DNA of 46,377 nt from the IMG/VR virus record IMGVR_UViG_3300030372_002499, positions 1-46,377 of that record; one strand, 5' to 3'. Made by a program: the position numbers and the translations under genes. The stretch comes from a virus (taxonomy: Duplodnaviria; Caudoviricetes). Below, in pieces: positions 46,342 through 46,377 of the stretch (positions are counted from its first letter, which is position 1; each line of letters starts with the position of its first letter). The notes below the pieces were generated by a model. That model was not told where the DNA came from and did no database searches. It saw nothing but the letters and a program-made list of their open reading frames with translations.

Positions 46342-46377
46342 AAGTAAATTTGAATTGAAGATAGAGAGAGTAAGTGG

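Noticed and set aside
1-46377. Stop-codon reassignment as seen in some crAss-like phages; introns or inteins in terL
   Set aside because: Standard code gives dense, uninterrupted genes including a 13.5-kb ORF; terL is continuous with no intein motifs seen.

Overview
AT-rich dsDNA tailed-phage segment, most likely a podovirus of marine Bacteroidota (Flavobacteriia) with a crAss-like/Cellulophaga-phage-style virion module; host and taxonomy are inferred from gene content, not database searches. Almost all genes are on the minus strand. In transcription order: a cluster of small basic ORFs (45.7-42.0 kb), groEL-groES, more small ORFs including a HExxH peptidase and a holin, a tandem GroES-like protein, large terminase, portal, scaffold-like protein, major capsid protein, ring proteins, a 2177-aa tail nozzle/stabilisation protein, two candidate ejection proteins, a 4518-aa polyvalent protein, then three membrane/secreted proteins (the last truncated by the window edge). 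The strand switches at about 45.9 kb, where a repeated promoter-like motif appears. The two most interesting signals: (1) about ten otherwise unrelated proteins, including the giant protein, share a basic N-terminal leader (M-x-[FY]-K-[ML] and/or S-P-x-K), suggesting a capsid cargo-targeting or processing system, with a leader-bearing zinc peptidase in the same cluster; (2) the giant protein is punctuated at its apparent domain boundaries by a recurring Q-x-S-[KR] motif, separating zincin, sigma-region-2-like, nuclease-like, HAD-with-nested-kinase and PcfJ-like modules, as expected of an injected, possibly cleaved effector polyprotein. No tRNA, rRNA, CRISPR array or integrase was seen.
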